From: Nitrospira sp.
GTDB lineage: Bacteria > Nitrospirota > Nitrospiria > Nitrospirales > Nitrospiraceae
NCBI GenBank assembly: GCA_047150005.1
Contig: AP038806.1
Coordinates: 1,184,001 to 1,248,000, forward strand
Reading direction: 5' to 3'
Length of the DNA stretch: 64,000 nt
A model generated the notes under the pieces. It saw nothing but the letters and a program-made list of their open reading frames with translations, did not search any database and was not told where the DNA came from. The position numbers and the translations under genes are program-made. Below, piece by piece: positions 18,123 through 26,762 of the stretch; position 1 is the stretch's first letter; each line of letters begins with the position of its first letter.

Positions 18123-18644
18123 TTACTTGTCAGAATGGCCCGGGAACTTGTGGCCGACCGACTGCGGGAACGACACGGTCCCGTCAGGAAATTCCAGGCT
18201 CGGCTGCCACAGATGATAGATGACGCCATCCGTCTCCATCGCAGCCTCCGCCACCTTTGCCGCTTGATCATCCGGCATGTCCAATACCTTGACCCGCCCC
18301 GTTGCAATTTCGACTCGATGGTCGTGGAAATAACGATGCCACTGGATGGCGGGAAGCTTCCTCGTCAGGTCCTTCGCAACGAAGTACTCAATGCCGACCA
18401 ATTTGGCCTTGGGATCCGTCGACTCAAAGAGCAGACATTGGAAGACTTTACCATCGGAAACCGGTTTACAGTAATGGTGATACGGGCCCCCGGGCTCCCC
18501 ATTGGCCATCACATGAGGGGCTATGACATGAATGTCATACCCATCCGCCGGTGACTTTGGCTCGCCGCCTACAGCTTCTGTGAGAAGCGGCCAAGCCAAT
18601 CCGATCGCCGCCATCGCGAGAACAGTGAGCAGTCGTTGTTTCAT
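18123..18644 (-). CDS. Exported DUF1264 (OBAP-like) protein
   Basis: Signal peptide; YHHYCK, FQCLLFES..P.AKLVGIEY, FHDHRVEI, YHLWQ; RBS CAGGAGG. Confidence 0.82.
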   Translation of the reverse strand: MKQRLLTVLAMAAIGLAWPLLTEAVGGEPKSPADGYDIHVIAPHVMANGEPGGPYHHYCKPVSDGKVFQCLLFESTDPKAKLVGIEYFVAKDLTRKLPAIQWHRYFHDHRVEIATGRVKVLDMPDDQAAKVAEAAMETDGVIYHLWQPSLEFPDGTVSFPQSVGHKFPGHSDK

Positions 18645-18987
18645 GACCAGGCACCTCCTGTGATGAGTGATTGTTGGGACCATCCCATATATCGAGCGGT
18701 CCGACGAAATGAACTGAGCGCCCTCCCCTGAGAGTCACCCGACCGACAAAGGATTCAGCAGCCTTTCATTCCGTTTGGGCCGCATCGGCAATCACGGTTC
18801 CTCCCTCATGGGAAAGACCGTGCTTCCAGCCGCCGCAGATTAGCCCAGAAACAGGCAGATGAGGAAAAAAATCTTCATCAATGGCTGTCTGAGGCCTCTA
18901 GGGGGCTTCCCAATAGCTCATTTTTACATTAATATTTACCCTAGATCCATTTGGAGGGTGCAGTGTAGGCCCATTTGCACATAAGGA

Positions 18988-19206
18988 ATGCCTATGCCTA
19001 AGCGTCATAAGTCGATGTCAGAATTCGCGCATAGCACGTTGTCTCTCACCGAATTCCTCGAAGAGGATCCGGATCTGGACATCGTTGAACAGATTTTCAT
19101 CGAAAATCATATATATGTGGTCCGATCGGCCTATGGAGCCTGGAAGCGGCGTCATCCGAGCGAGCGCAGCCTCACTGGTGACTCCTCCAAGAAAAGGATC
19201 TCCTGA
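18988..19206 (+). CDS. Small hypothetical protein
   Basis: RBS AAGGA; helical protein-like sequence; AT-rich promoter-like region upstream. Confidence 0.55.
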   Translation: MPMPKRHKSMSEFAHSTLSLTEFLEEDPDLDIVEQIFIENHIYVVRSAYGAWKRRHPSERSLTGDSSKKRIS

Positions 19207-19479
19207 ATCGCGTCTCCGTGGAGTTGCGAGAAATTGAATGTCCGTTGGATTTCTCGGCAGCCGGTGAATGTGTCTCCGCGCATGCTCTTATGCGGCTGCT
19301 TCAGCGCTGGCGGCGACAGGAAACATCGCATGTGTTGCGTCTGGACTGTCCATCGGTAGAGGAGAGGGTACGCCCGTGCAACCCGAGTATCCGTAACCAA
19401 CTGATATCACAAGGGCAACGCGGCATGAACGGCGAGATACCATTTGTGGTAGGCTGTCTGAGACCACAGGAGCCGCCCC

Positions 19480-19725
19480 ATGCGCATCCCTTCTCGAGTG
19501 GTCTTTCCGTTCGGCTATCGAATCTCGGTGCGGCAACTATCTGACTCCGAAATGGACCGGCGTGATCCCAATGCCGACGGCATCTGGGATGACGAGTTGA
19601 AGGTCATCTACTTACGTAAACGTCTGCCGGTCACCAGACGACGATATATCCTGGCACACGAGCTGGGCCATGCCTGGCTGGACTGGCAACATCGCCATCT
19701 CGATAATGGAAAGGCCAAAAGCTAG
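19480..19725 (+). CDS. Minimal ImmA/IrrE-family metallopeptidase-like protein (81 aa)
   Basis: ADGIW....VIYL..LP..RRRYILAHELGH; RBS CAGGAG. Confidence 0.78.
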   Translation: MRIPSRVVFPFGYRISVRQLSDSEMDRRDPNADGIWDDELKVIYLRKRLPVTRRRYILAHELGHAWLDWQHRHLDNGKAKS

Positions 19726-19736
19726 GCCGGGTCTTT

Positions 19737-20222
19737 CTATTTTTCTTCTTTGACCCCCGCCAATCGCAAGATGCAATTCCATTCCGATGGAGTCACGGGC
19801 TGAACGGATAATCGCGACCCTCTCCTCAACAGCTCCATCCGTTGAAGATCCGGCTCTTCTCTCAATCGATCCAGGGGAAGCGCCACGGGGAACTCCCGGC
19901 GATAGCCAATATCGACCATGTCCCATCGGGGATTGGACTTCGAGCTGCCCGGATCATAGTGATGACCGGCTTTGTCGAACTGTGTGTTATCGGGATAGGC
20001 AGTGCGCACCACCTGCGCAATGCCGGCAACACAGGGAGGATCGGCATTGCTATGATAAAACAGTACCTTGTCGCCGAGGGCCATCTGCCGCATGTAGTTC
20101 CTGGCCTGATAGTTGCGCACCCCATCCCAACTCGTGCGCTGTTTTGGAGACCGGGCCAGATCCCGAATGGAGAACACGCTCGGCTCCGACTTGACCAACC
20201 AGTATCTTCGTGATGTTGTCAT
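19737..20222 (-). CDS. EVE domain protein
   Basis: YWLVKSEP, WDGVRNYQARN, FYHSN, RLSVQPV. Confidence 0.93.
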   Translation of the reverse strand: MTTSRRYWLVKSEPSVFSIRDLARSPKQRTSWDGVRNYQARNYMRQMALGDKVLFYHSNADPPCVAGIAQVVRTAYPDNTQFDKAGHHYDPGSSKSNPRWDMVDIGYRREFPVALPLDRLREEPDLQRMELLRRGSRLSVQPVTPSEWNCILRLAGVKEEK

Positions 20223-20302
20223 TCGACACTCCCCGCGGGCCATGAGACCCTGTGCGTTCAGATGTACGCTATCGTGACGGTCTTACATCATCGAGGTGAC
20301 CG

Positions 20303-21115
20303 ATGGAACTGACGCCGTTCGTGTTCGGGCTGTATAAGTTCGCCAAGTACCTGCTGTATCCCCTGAGCTGGGTGATCGTTCTCTTGACCATGACGACGTG
20401 GCTGCTGCTGCTCCCCTCCACCACGGCGCGATTGCGATGGGTCCGCGTCGGTGCATGCGCCTCGCTCTTCGTCCTGCTTCTCATTTCCAGCCCTCTCCTG
20501 TCTTCCCAATTCATCGGTATGCTCGAAGCCGTCTATCCGATTCCGGAGGCGCCCACGCTCCGTCCCTATGACGCGATCGTCGTGCTGGGAGGAGGCGTTC
20601 TGGATCGAGGCACGCTGCGCCCCTCCGTCGAGCTCAGTTCCTCGTCACGCGAGCGCACCGCCTGCGGTGTCGATCTGTACCTCCGCGGCTATGCACCAAA
20701 ATTGGTGATTACCGGGGGGGATGCCAGCATCTTCGGCTCCGGCCCTATCGAAGCGGTCGAAATGAAACGGTGGGCGCATCGCCTGGGTGTACCGGAAGAC
20801 GACATCGTGATCGACGGCACGGCCAGAAACACGTATGAAAATGCGACTGCGACCCGCCGACTCTTGCAAGAGAAGTCGGTCCTGCTCGTGAGTTCGGCCA
20901 GTCACCTTCCGCGCGCTGCCGCGCTGTTCAGGAAACAAGGTTTTCAGGTCATGCCGGTGCCCTGCGGGTATTTCGCCAGGAATCAACCCGGAGACATCGT
21001 CAGTGATTTGAACATGCTCCAACTCCTGCCTGCGGACTTGGCGATCCTCCGTACCAGGGAAGCCGTGGTGGAAACTGCTGGGGCGTTTTTGCATCGCCTG
21101 ATGGGACAACTCTGA
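20303..21115 (+). CDS. YdcF/ElyC (DUF218) envelope protein
   Basis: N-terminal TM helices, DAIVVLGGG, ITGG, ARNTYENA, LVSSASHLPRA. Confidence 0.9.
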   Translation: MELTPFVFGLYKFAKYLLYPLSWVIVLLTMTTWLLLLPSTTARLRWVRVGACASLFVLLLISSPLLSSQFIGMLEAVYPIPEAPTLRPYDAIVVLGGGVLDRGTLRPSVELSSSSRERTACGVDLYLRGYAPKLVITGGDASIFGSGPIEAVEMKRWAHRLGVPEDDIVIDGTARNTYENATATRRLLQEKSVLLVSSASHLPRAAALFRKQGFQVMPVPCGYFARNQPGDIVSDLNMLQLLPADLAILRTREAVVETAGAFLHRLMGQL

Positions 21116-21167
21116 GCCACGACGCGGCGTCTGAGCCGCTCACATCCGCTCATACTCCCCCTGCTCT

Positions 21168-21530
21168 TCAGGTTCTGCCTTCAAGAAAATCCACCAGCGC
21201 CCGATAGGTGAGCTCACGAATGCGTGATTTGGAGGGGGCCGATTCGCTGCTGTTGACCTCTAACCATACCCGTTGGCTCACCCAGCTGCGTCCTTCGTTG
21301 CACTGGGTCCACATGTCGTGAAGAAAATCAGCCGGAAGTCCGACCTGAATGCCCTCGGACTCGATCCGATCATCGAGAATCGCCAAGAGATCTGAGATCG
21401 CCTGGTCGGACCGGTACGGAACGGGCGCGAACCCGAATGACGCCTCGGCGCTGGACTCCTGCCGAGCCTGCTCGACCAGGTCATGCATGTACTCTTTCAA
21501 TAGGCCGATCACGTGCCCGGACCACGCCAT
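21168..21530 (-). CDS. Hypothetical protein (120 aa)
   Basis: RBS AGGAG; protein-like composition. Confidence 0.7.
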   Translation of the reverse strand: MAWSGHVIGLLKEYMHDLVEQARQESSAEASFGFAPVPYRSDQAISDLLAILDDRIESEGIQVGLPADFLHDMWTQCNEGRSWVSQRVWLEVNSSESAPSKSRIRELTYRALVDFLEGRT

Positions 21531-21752
21531 ACCCGCTCCTCGGCCGGCATTATGAGGATTGCAGGAGGACGGAGCAAGACGGAATGATTGTCCGGCTTCG
21601 GCCTTCTCCCGAACATCCCTTGGTCGGTTGACCCCCTCGCTGACGGTTACTTATGATGCTCGTGGATAGCGAGACGCGAACGGAGCCTTTTCCAATCAAA
21701 GCGGACCGACGCGCGCGGATGTTCAGTCGACAGCGGCTGGGAGAAGCGGTGC

Positions 21753-22535
21753 ATGACGGAGCGATTTGAGGTCACGTTGAACACCCCTGCAGGTCGTTTG
21801 ACGACCGCACTCGACGTTCCGACGGAACTCATCCCGATCACTTCCGTCGTACCGATCGCCCGTCGATTGGGCGAAGAGGCCGGGCATCTTGAAGAACATC
21901 ACGCTCGAGAAAGCGGTCAGATGATCTCCTGTCGAATGGGCTGCGCGGCCTGTTGCCGCATGCTCGTGCCGGTCTCTCCTCCGGAGGCATTCGCCCTCAG
22001 ACTGTACATCGAGCAACTTCCCGTCGAGCGACGGACTCGTGTGACCAAGCGCATCGCTGAGAGTCAGGCAACGTTGCGGACTCACGGACTGTGGGACCGT
22101 CTGTGGGCGGTCGCCGATGCCGGCACGGCCGTCTCCGATGAGGAATTGGACCCGCTCAACCGGGCTTATTACGCACTGCGCCACCCCTGTCCCTTCCTCG
22201 AAAATGAGATGTGCAGTATTTACGAGGCCCGCCCCGCAGCCTGCCGGGAGCTTCAAGTCACGTCCCCGGCGGAATACTGCGCGGACCTCGTCAACAACCC
22301 GGTGGTTGCTCTACCTGTTTCGATGAGGATCGGAACCATACTGGGCCTGTTATGGGGAAGCTTAACCAAGACCTCTCCCAGACTCATTCCTCTACCCGTC
22401 GCACTCAGCTGGGCCGACAAGCATGAGGAAGCCGCCGGGCGAACCTGGCCCGGATCACAGCTGATCGATGAATTGCTTGATAAAATCTGGCGTTTTCTCA
22501 GCCAGGAATTTGAAGCAAGAAAGTCCAAGCCGTGA
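21753..22535 (+). CDS. YkgJ/CxxCxxCC cysteine-cluster protein
   Basis: SCRMGCAACC, CPFL....CSIYEARP.ACR. Confidence 0.88.
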   Translation: MTERFEVTLNTPAGRLTTALDVPTELIPITSVVPIARRLGEEAGHLEEHHARESGQMISCRMGCAACCRMLVPVSPPEAFALRLYIEQLPVERRTRVTKRIAESQATLRTHGLWDRLWAVADAGTAVSDEELDPLNRAYYALRHPCPFLENEMCSIYEARPAACRELQVTSPAEYCADLVNNPVVALPVSMRIGTILGLLWGSLTKTSPRLIPLPVALSWADKHEEAAGRTWPGSQLIDELLDKIWRFLSQEFEARKSKP

Positions 22536-22615
22536 GCTCGACCGCTGAGCGAGCCAGAGCCTCAATCGCGTGAGTGAGCGCTCCGCGCTCGTCCACACAC
22601 AGAGAAAGGAGCAGC

Positions 22616-23236
22616 ATGCAGAAGCCTGTTATCGCCTGTCTCGACCTAGAGGGCGTCCTGGTGCCGGAAATTTGGATCAACGTGGCGCTCAACACCGGCA
22701 TCGAGGAATTGAAGATCACCACTCGTGAGATGCCCGATTACAACGCACTGATGAAACGCCGGCTGGCGATTCTCGAGCAACACGGCATCACCATCGGCGA
22801 GATTCAGTCGGTGATTGAAAAGATGGGCCCGCTCGAAGGGGCATCCGCTTTTGTCGCTTGGCTGCGAGAGCGCTGCCAGGTCATCATCCTCTCGGACACG
22901 TTCTATCAGTTCGCCCTGCCGCTCATGCGGCAGTTGGACTTTCCAACCCTTTTTTGCAATCAGCTGGAGATCGACCCCCACGGGAAGATTCTCGCCCACC
23001 ACATGCGGATCCAGAACCAAAAAAAGCATTCGGTTGCGGCTTTCAAGTCCTTGAATTTCTTCACCATAGCAGCAGGAGACGCCTACAACGACACCGCCAT
23101 GCTCGGCGAAGCCGACGCGGGTTTCTTCTTCCGGCCTCCCGATCATCTTCCGAAAGAGTTTCCTCAGTTCCCCGTCACGCAGAGCTATGCCGAACTCCGA
23201 GAGGCATTCCAAAAAGCCGGTTCGTTACGACCATAA
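22616..23236 (+). CDS. thrH: Phosphoserine phosphatase/homoserine phosphotransferase ThrH
   Basis: CLDLEGVLVPEIW, TTRE.PDY, ILSDTF, AAGDAYNDTAML; RBS AAGGAG. Confidence 0.95.
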   Translation: MQKPVIACLDLEGVLVPEIWINVALNTGIEELKITTREMPDYNALMKRRLAILEQHGITIGEIQSVIEKMGPLEGASAFVAWLRERCQVIILSDTFYQFALPLMRQLDFPTLFCNQLEIDPHGKILAHHMRIQNQKKHSVAAFKSLNFFTIAAGDAYNDTAMLGEADAGFFFRPPDHLPKEFPQFPVTQSYAELREAFQKAGSLRP

Positions 23237-23282
23237 GAGGAGACAGCGACAGACGGGCCTGTGTCGACCGGCTCTTAAATGA

Positions 23283-23320
23283 CGAATCCCCGCCGAAGCC
23301 ATGGCTTCGGCGGGGATTCG
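23283..23320. terminator. Perfect 38-bp palindrome between convergent genes; probable bidirectional terminator or RNA stability hairpin
   Basis: cgaatccccgccgaagcca/tggcttcggcggggattcg. Confidence 0.7.
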
Positions 23321-23341
23321 ATCTCCCGAGAAAGCTTTCCC

Positions 23342-23761
23342 TTACGGCGCGACGTAGCTCCCGTACTTGGGTACGGCATCGCAGCCGGGGCCCGTATTGT
23401 TGGCGGCCTGGCAGAGGTTCAGCAACGCGCCTTGCGCCGCCAATCGCTCTTCCTTGTGTAATGAGGCTTTCCCGTAATCAACGGCGAGCTGCAGCAAGTC
23501 CTTCGTGCGCTGGCTGCTACCTCCCGCCTCGTTCAAGGCGTTCTGCAATTTGGCCGTCGCACTGGCGATCACTCCGACATCGGCCCCCCATCGCTTGTTG
23601 AGATCAACGGTGGTGCGCTTCCCCACCCCGGGTGCGTCGGTCAACTCCGCGATGGCATCGTTCGTCAACGCAATTGGGTCAGCCTGTGCCGCGGGTACCA
23701 TCACAAGGGCCACCCCCGTGAGAGCCATCCCGCCCAGAACCAGCATCAATGTAATCTTCAT
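23342..23761 (-). CDS. Small exported helical protein downstream of the porin
   Basis: Signal peptide ending AQA; RBS AAGGAG; two Cys near the C-terminus. Confidence 0.8.
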   Translation of the reverse strand: MKITLMLVLGGMALTGVALVMVPAAQADPIALTNDAIAELTDAPGVGKRTTVDLNKRWGADVGVIASATAKLQNALNEAGGSSQRTKDLLQLAVDYGKASLHKEERLAAQGALLNLCQAANNTGPGCDAVPKYGSYVAP

Positions 23762-23835
23762 GGACATCTCCTTCGTCGTTATGCGTGTAGCTTCGGCCCT
23801 CTGAGAATGGGCCGCGCATTACGTGTCCCGGCTGC

Positions 23836-25536
23836 TTAGAAGTTCATCCAGAGCTGGACGTATGCCCAATCCTGGCCGGTGCTGTTTCCCAAGTTCTCGG
23901 CAATGTAGCCGCCTGCCCAGAGGTGACCCCAGGTCGCTTGGAAGGCTACCTTGCCGTCGGCGAACATTCTGGTCCAGCTGACGTCCAATTCATCGCCGAT
24001 ATGCGTCTTGGTATTGCCGTTCTTGGAAAAGACGTACACGCCCTGTGAGCCGCGGTACCAGTTGTCACGGGCGTTCGCCAGGTTCAAGTTGGTGTACCAT
24101 ACTTCCACGTGGTCGCGAGCCGACGGCCGGAATTGGAGGTTGGCCGACGGACTGAGCATGTTTTTCCAGGCCTGGACGTCCATGTAGCCCATGTGGATGT
24201 GGTTTGTGGGGAAGAAGTTTTCAAACGTATTCGCCGTGCTGCAGTTTGTGTTGCTTCCCGCGAGGGTACAATTGGACCTGCCATCGCCGGAGGCGTAGTC
24301 AAAGTTGAAGCCCAGGCGCGGTTTCCAGGCATGTTGATAATGCGTGTAGCCGATCCAGTTTCTGGTTGCCCAAGCGTTGATATGAAGATTCTTCTGGTTT
24401 CCGTACCCGTTCTGAATCGCGTTGGCTCCGGTGGCACCCATTTGACCGAACTGCCAGGCGACCTCGTTGATGGCGTCGAAGTTGCCCTTCCGCATTTCGA
24501 TCCGGTTGCCGATCATATGACGGGTCTGGTTTGAATGCTTGGCCGTACCAAGACCCTGTGCCCCGAAATCCGCCGAGTTGAGGTTGTTCTTGTAGTACAC
24601 GTAGAACGGCTCGATCAGGAAGCCCGGGATCGACTTCAACTGGTTATAGAAGATGATCATATCGGCATCGAGATTGGCGCTGCCGTTGTTGAGGGTTCCG
24701 CTCGCCCCGTTGGCGAGATTGTTTTGGCCGCTGCCAACCGGGGCCGCTTGTCCGATATCAGACTCTGAATTGCGGAACCACCCGAGGTAGGAATCGAAGG
24801 TCTTGGTGCTGTAGCTCAGCATGACACCGTCATGGGAGTAGCCGGTGTTGGCCCAGTCGAAGTGCCCGAACAGCGAATGGTTGCCGAAGATGACGTATTG
24901 CCGACCGGCCTTGATGCTCAAGCCCTGCACGCCACCGAGATTCCTGACCAACATGTAGGCGGCACGGACGCCGAGGCGGCCGTTGTTACCACCGCCACCC
25001 GCAACACCTCCGTTGTGGTTCAGCGGGTCGCCACCGTTCCCGGCGTTGACGTTGCTCCCGTTTCCACCCCAGGTTGCGGAATCGATGATTTCCATATAGA
25101 AATTCACGTCCGGCGACAGATCATAGCCGATGCCCAACCGCACCCACTGTTGCACGAAGAAATCGTTGGCTTTTCCTTGAGTGCCGTTGGCGAAATTCCC
25201 CCCGAACGAGTTACAGGCACCGTTGCCCGGATTGCCCGGCATGGCGTTTCCGAAGCAGACACCGTTCCGCATTTCCGGCCGGACGCGCACGTCGGCGCGC
25301 ATCCAGAAATTCTTGATGTCGAAGTTTCGGCCGATGGCGGGGTCGTAGATTTCGTAGGCTTCCTTTTGCGGCATCGCACGAGGGATGGCGGGGAGGTTCG
25401 TAATCCGTTCACCTTCCGGTAGTTCGAAACCAGCCTGGGCTGGGACACTCACGAGAGATATGCCTGCTGCCATGACGGCCGCGCTGAAGAAGGTGGCCGC
25501 GCCGGCCCACCCTGTCCGACCTAGGATACTTCTCAT
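23836..25536 (-). CDS. Alginate export (AlgE) family outer-membrane porin
   Basis: Signal peptide; KAGRQ, FDYASGD, TFENFFPTNH, GDELD, C-terminal YVQLWMNF; RBS AGGAGG. Confidence 0.88.
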   Translation of the reverse strand: MRSILGRTGWAGAATFFSAAVMAAGISLVSVPAQAGFELPEGERITNLPAIPRAMPQKEAYEIYDPAIGRNFDIKNFWMRADVRVRPEMRNGVCFGNAMPGNPGNGACNSFGGNFANGTQGKANDFFVQQWVRLGIGYDLSPDVNFYMEIIDSATWGGNGSNVNAGNGGDPLNHNGGVAGGGGNNGRLGVRAAYMLVRNLGGVQGLSIKAGRQYVIFGNHSLFGHFDWANTGYSHDGVMLSYSTKTFDSYLGWFRNSESDIGQAAPVGSGQNNLANGASGTLNNGSANLDADMIIFYNQLKSIPGFLIEPFYVYYKNNLNSADFGAQGLGTAKHSNQTRHMIGNRIEMRKGNFDAINEVAWQFGQMGATGANAIQNGYGNQKNLHINAWATRNWIGYTHYQHAWKPRLGFNFDYASGDGRSNCTLAGSNTNCSTANTFENFFPTNHIHMGYMDVQAWKNMLSPSANLQFRPSARDHVEVWYTNLNLANARDNWYRGSQGVYVFSKNGNTKTHIGDELDVSWTRMFADGKVAFQATWGHLWAGGYIAENLGNSTGQDWAYVQLWMNF

Positions 25537-25907
25537 AGCGTTCCTCCTGTGAATTGGATAGCAACCAACACCTGACCGACAGTGCCTGGCTGCCGACTTG
25601 ACATCCAACTGCGTGTCATATCGACAAGTTTCCTTTTCGGTTACTCGCCCGGAAGGCCGCTGTGCCCACGCCTTCCGCTACTACCACCGACGATTACTTT
25701 CTCACCAACGCTCTGCCCGAGCCAGCAATTTCACGTTTCCTGAATACGACGCCGTACTCAGCCCTGCCGTCGTCGGATCAGGTGAGCGGTGGTCACCCCC
25801 TTCCCACGATCCATTCTCCTGCGTGCCTCTTCATGCCTCGCAAGATAACGGTATTCTGACTGGTTGATTTTCGGCCGCTTTCGTCGTTGGGCCGCGTCAT
25901 TCGTGCA

Positions 25908-26207
25908 TCAAGCCTGATTGCCGGTTCCCGGGCTTCCGGCTGGCTTTTCGACCGGCGTCGTGGCCGCGTTGATTTCCTCTTCAGCCTCCTTCATCGAGGC
26001 TTGGAAATCCTGTTCGACCATCTTGACCTCCTGCTGAATCATGTTGAGTTCCGGCTCAACCGATTTTCTGAGGTCTTCCGCCGTTTCCTTGAAACCTTTG
26101 ACTGCCTTGCCGACCTGTCGACCGACTTCAGGCAACTGTTTGGGGCCGAACAATAAGAAGGCGATGACCAGAATAATGAGTATTTCGCCGGCACCCAGCC
26201 CGAACAT
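25908..26207 (-). CDS. Twin-arginine translocase TatA/TatB-family subunit
   Basis: MFGLGAGEILIILVIAFLLFGPKQLPEVGRQVGKAVKGFK. Confidence 0.9.
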   Translation of the reverse strand: MFGLGAGEILIILVIAFLLFGPKQLPEVGRQVGKAVKGFKETAEDLRKSVEPELNMIQQEVKMVEQDFQASMKEAEEEINAATTPVEKPAGSPGTGNQA

Positions 26208-26276
26208 GCTTGGTCATGCGTAAAACGTGGTGCGTCGCGCGAGAAGCAACAGAGGGAAGCGTCGGTTTCCTCTTGG

Positions 26277-26304
26277 CGCTTCACGCTTCACGCTCACGCT
26301 TCAC
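26277..26304. repeat. Short tandem repeat of CGCTTCA (about 4 copies) between the tat genes
   Basis: cgcttca cgcttca cgctca cgcttca c. Confidence 0.6.
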
Positions 26305-26316
26305 ATCTCCTCTTAG

Positions 26317-26583
26317 TTATCCTTGTTTCACTTGCTGCCCCTGCTGCGCCGGAGCATCAGCGGAGGGGGTCGTTTGATTCTGCGTGACTTGCTGTTGCAT
26401 GGGCGGTGGGGCATCGGGGGGAGGCGTGACATCGATGGCATCCGCCTCATTCACGCTTTTTTTGAACCCTTTGATCGCTTTTCCAAGACCTTCGCCGAGC
26501 TGTGGAATCTTCCCCGCCCCGAAAATGATCAAAACGATGATCAAAATCAGGAGCAATTCCATCCATCCGAACGATCCGAACAT
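26317..26583 (-). CDS. tatA: Twin-arginine translocase subunit TatA
   Basis: GWMELLLILIIVLIIFGAGKIPQLGEGLGKAIKGFKK. Confidence 0.93.
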   Translation of the reverse strand: MFGSFGWMELLLILIIVLIIFGAGKIPQLGEGLGKAIKGFKKSVNEADAIDVTPPPDAPPPMQQQVTQNQTTPSADAPAQQGQQVKQG

Positions 26584-26679
26584 CCTGGTACTCGCTCTCC
26601 TCTTCGTCCCACAGCTCCCGGGAGAAGCCGGAGACTCTTACGGGCACAAAAGGCGGGAAACGACAGGCGAACGGCGAGG

Positions 26680-26708
26680 AGGCTATAGTAGAATTACAGA
26701 TTAGTCAA
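26680..26708 (-). promoter_or_regulatory. Candidate sigma70 promoter of tatA
   Basis: TTGACT-N17-TAGCCT on the minus strand. Confidence 0.5.
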
Positions 26709-26762
26709 GTCTAATTTGAAGGCTTCTGTCTTTCGAGGCCGGGCAAATAGCGACGGGAGGAG

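Noticed and set aside
25709..25724. Possible sigma54 promoter upstream of the porin (TGGCTCGGGCAGAGCG, minus strand)
   Set aside because: Poor -12 element; could be chance in GC-rich DNA.
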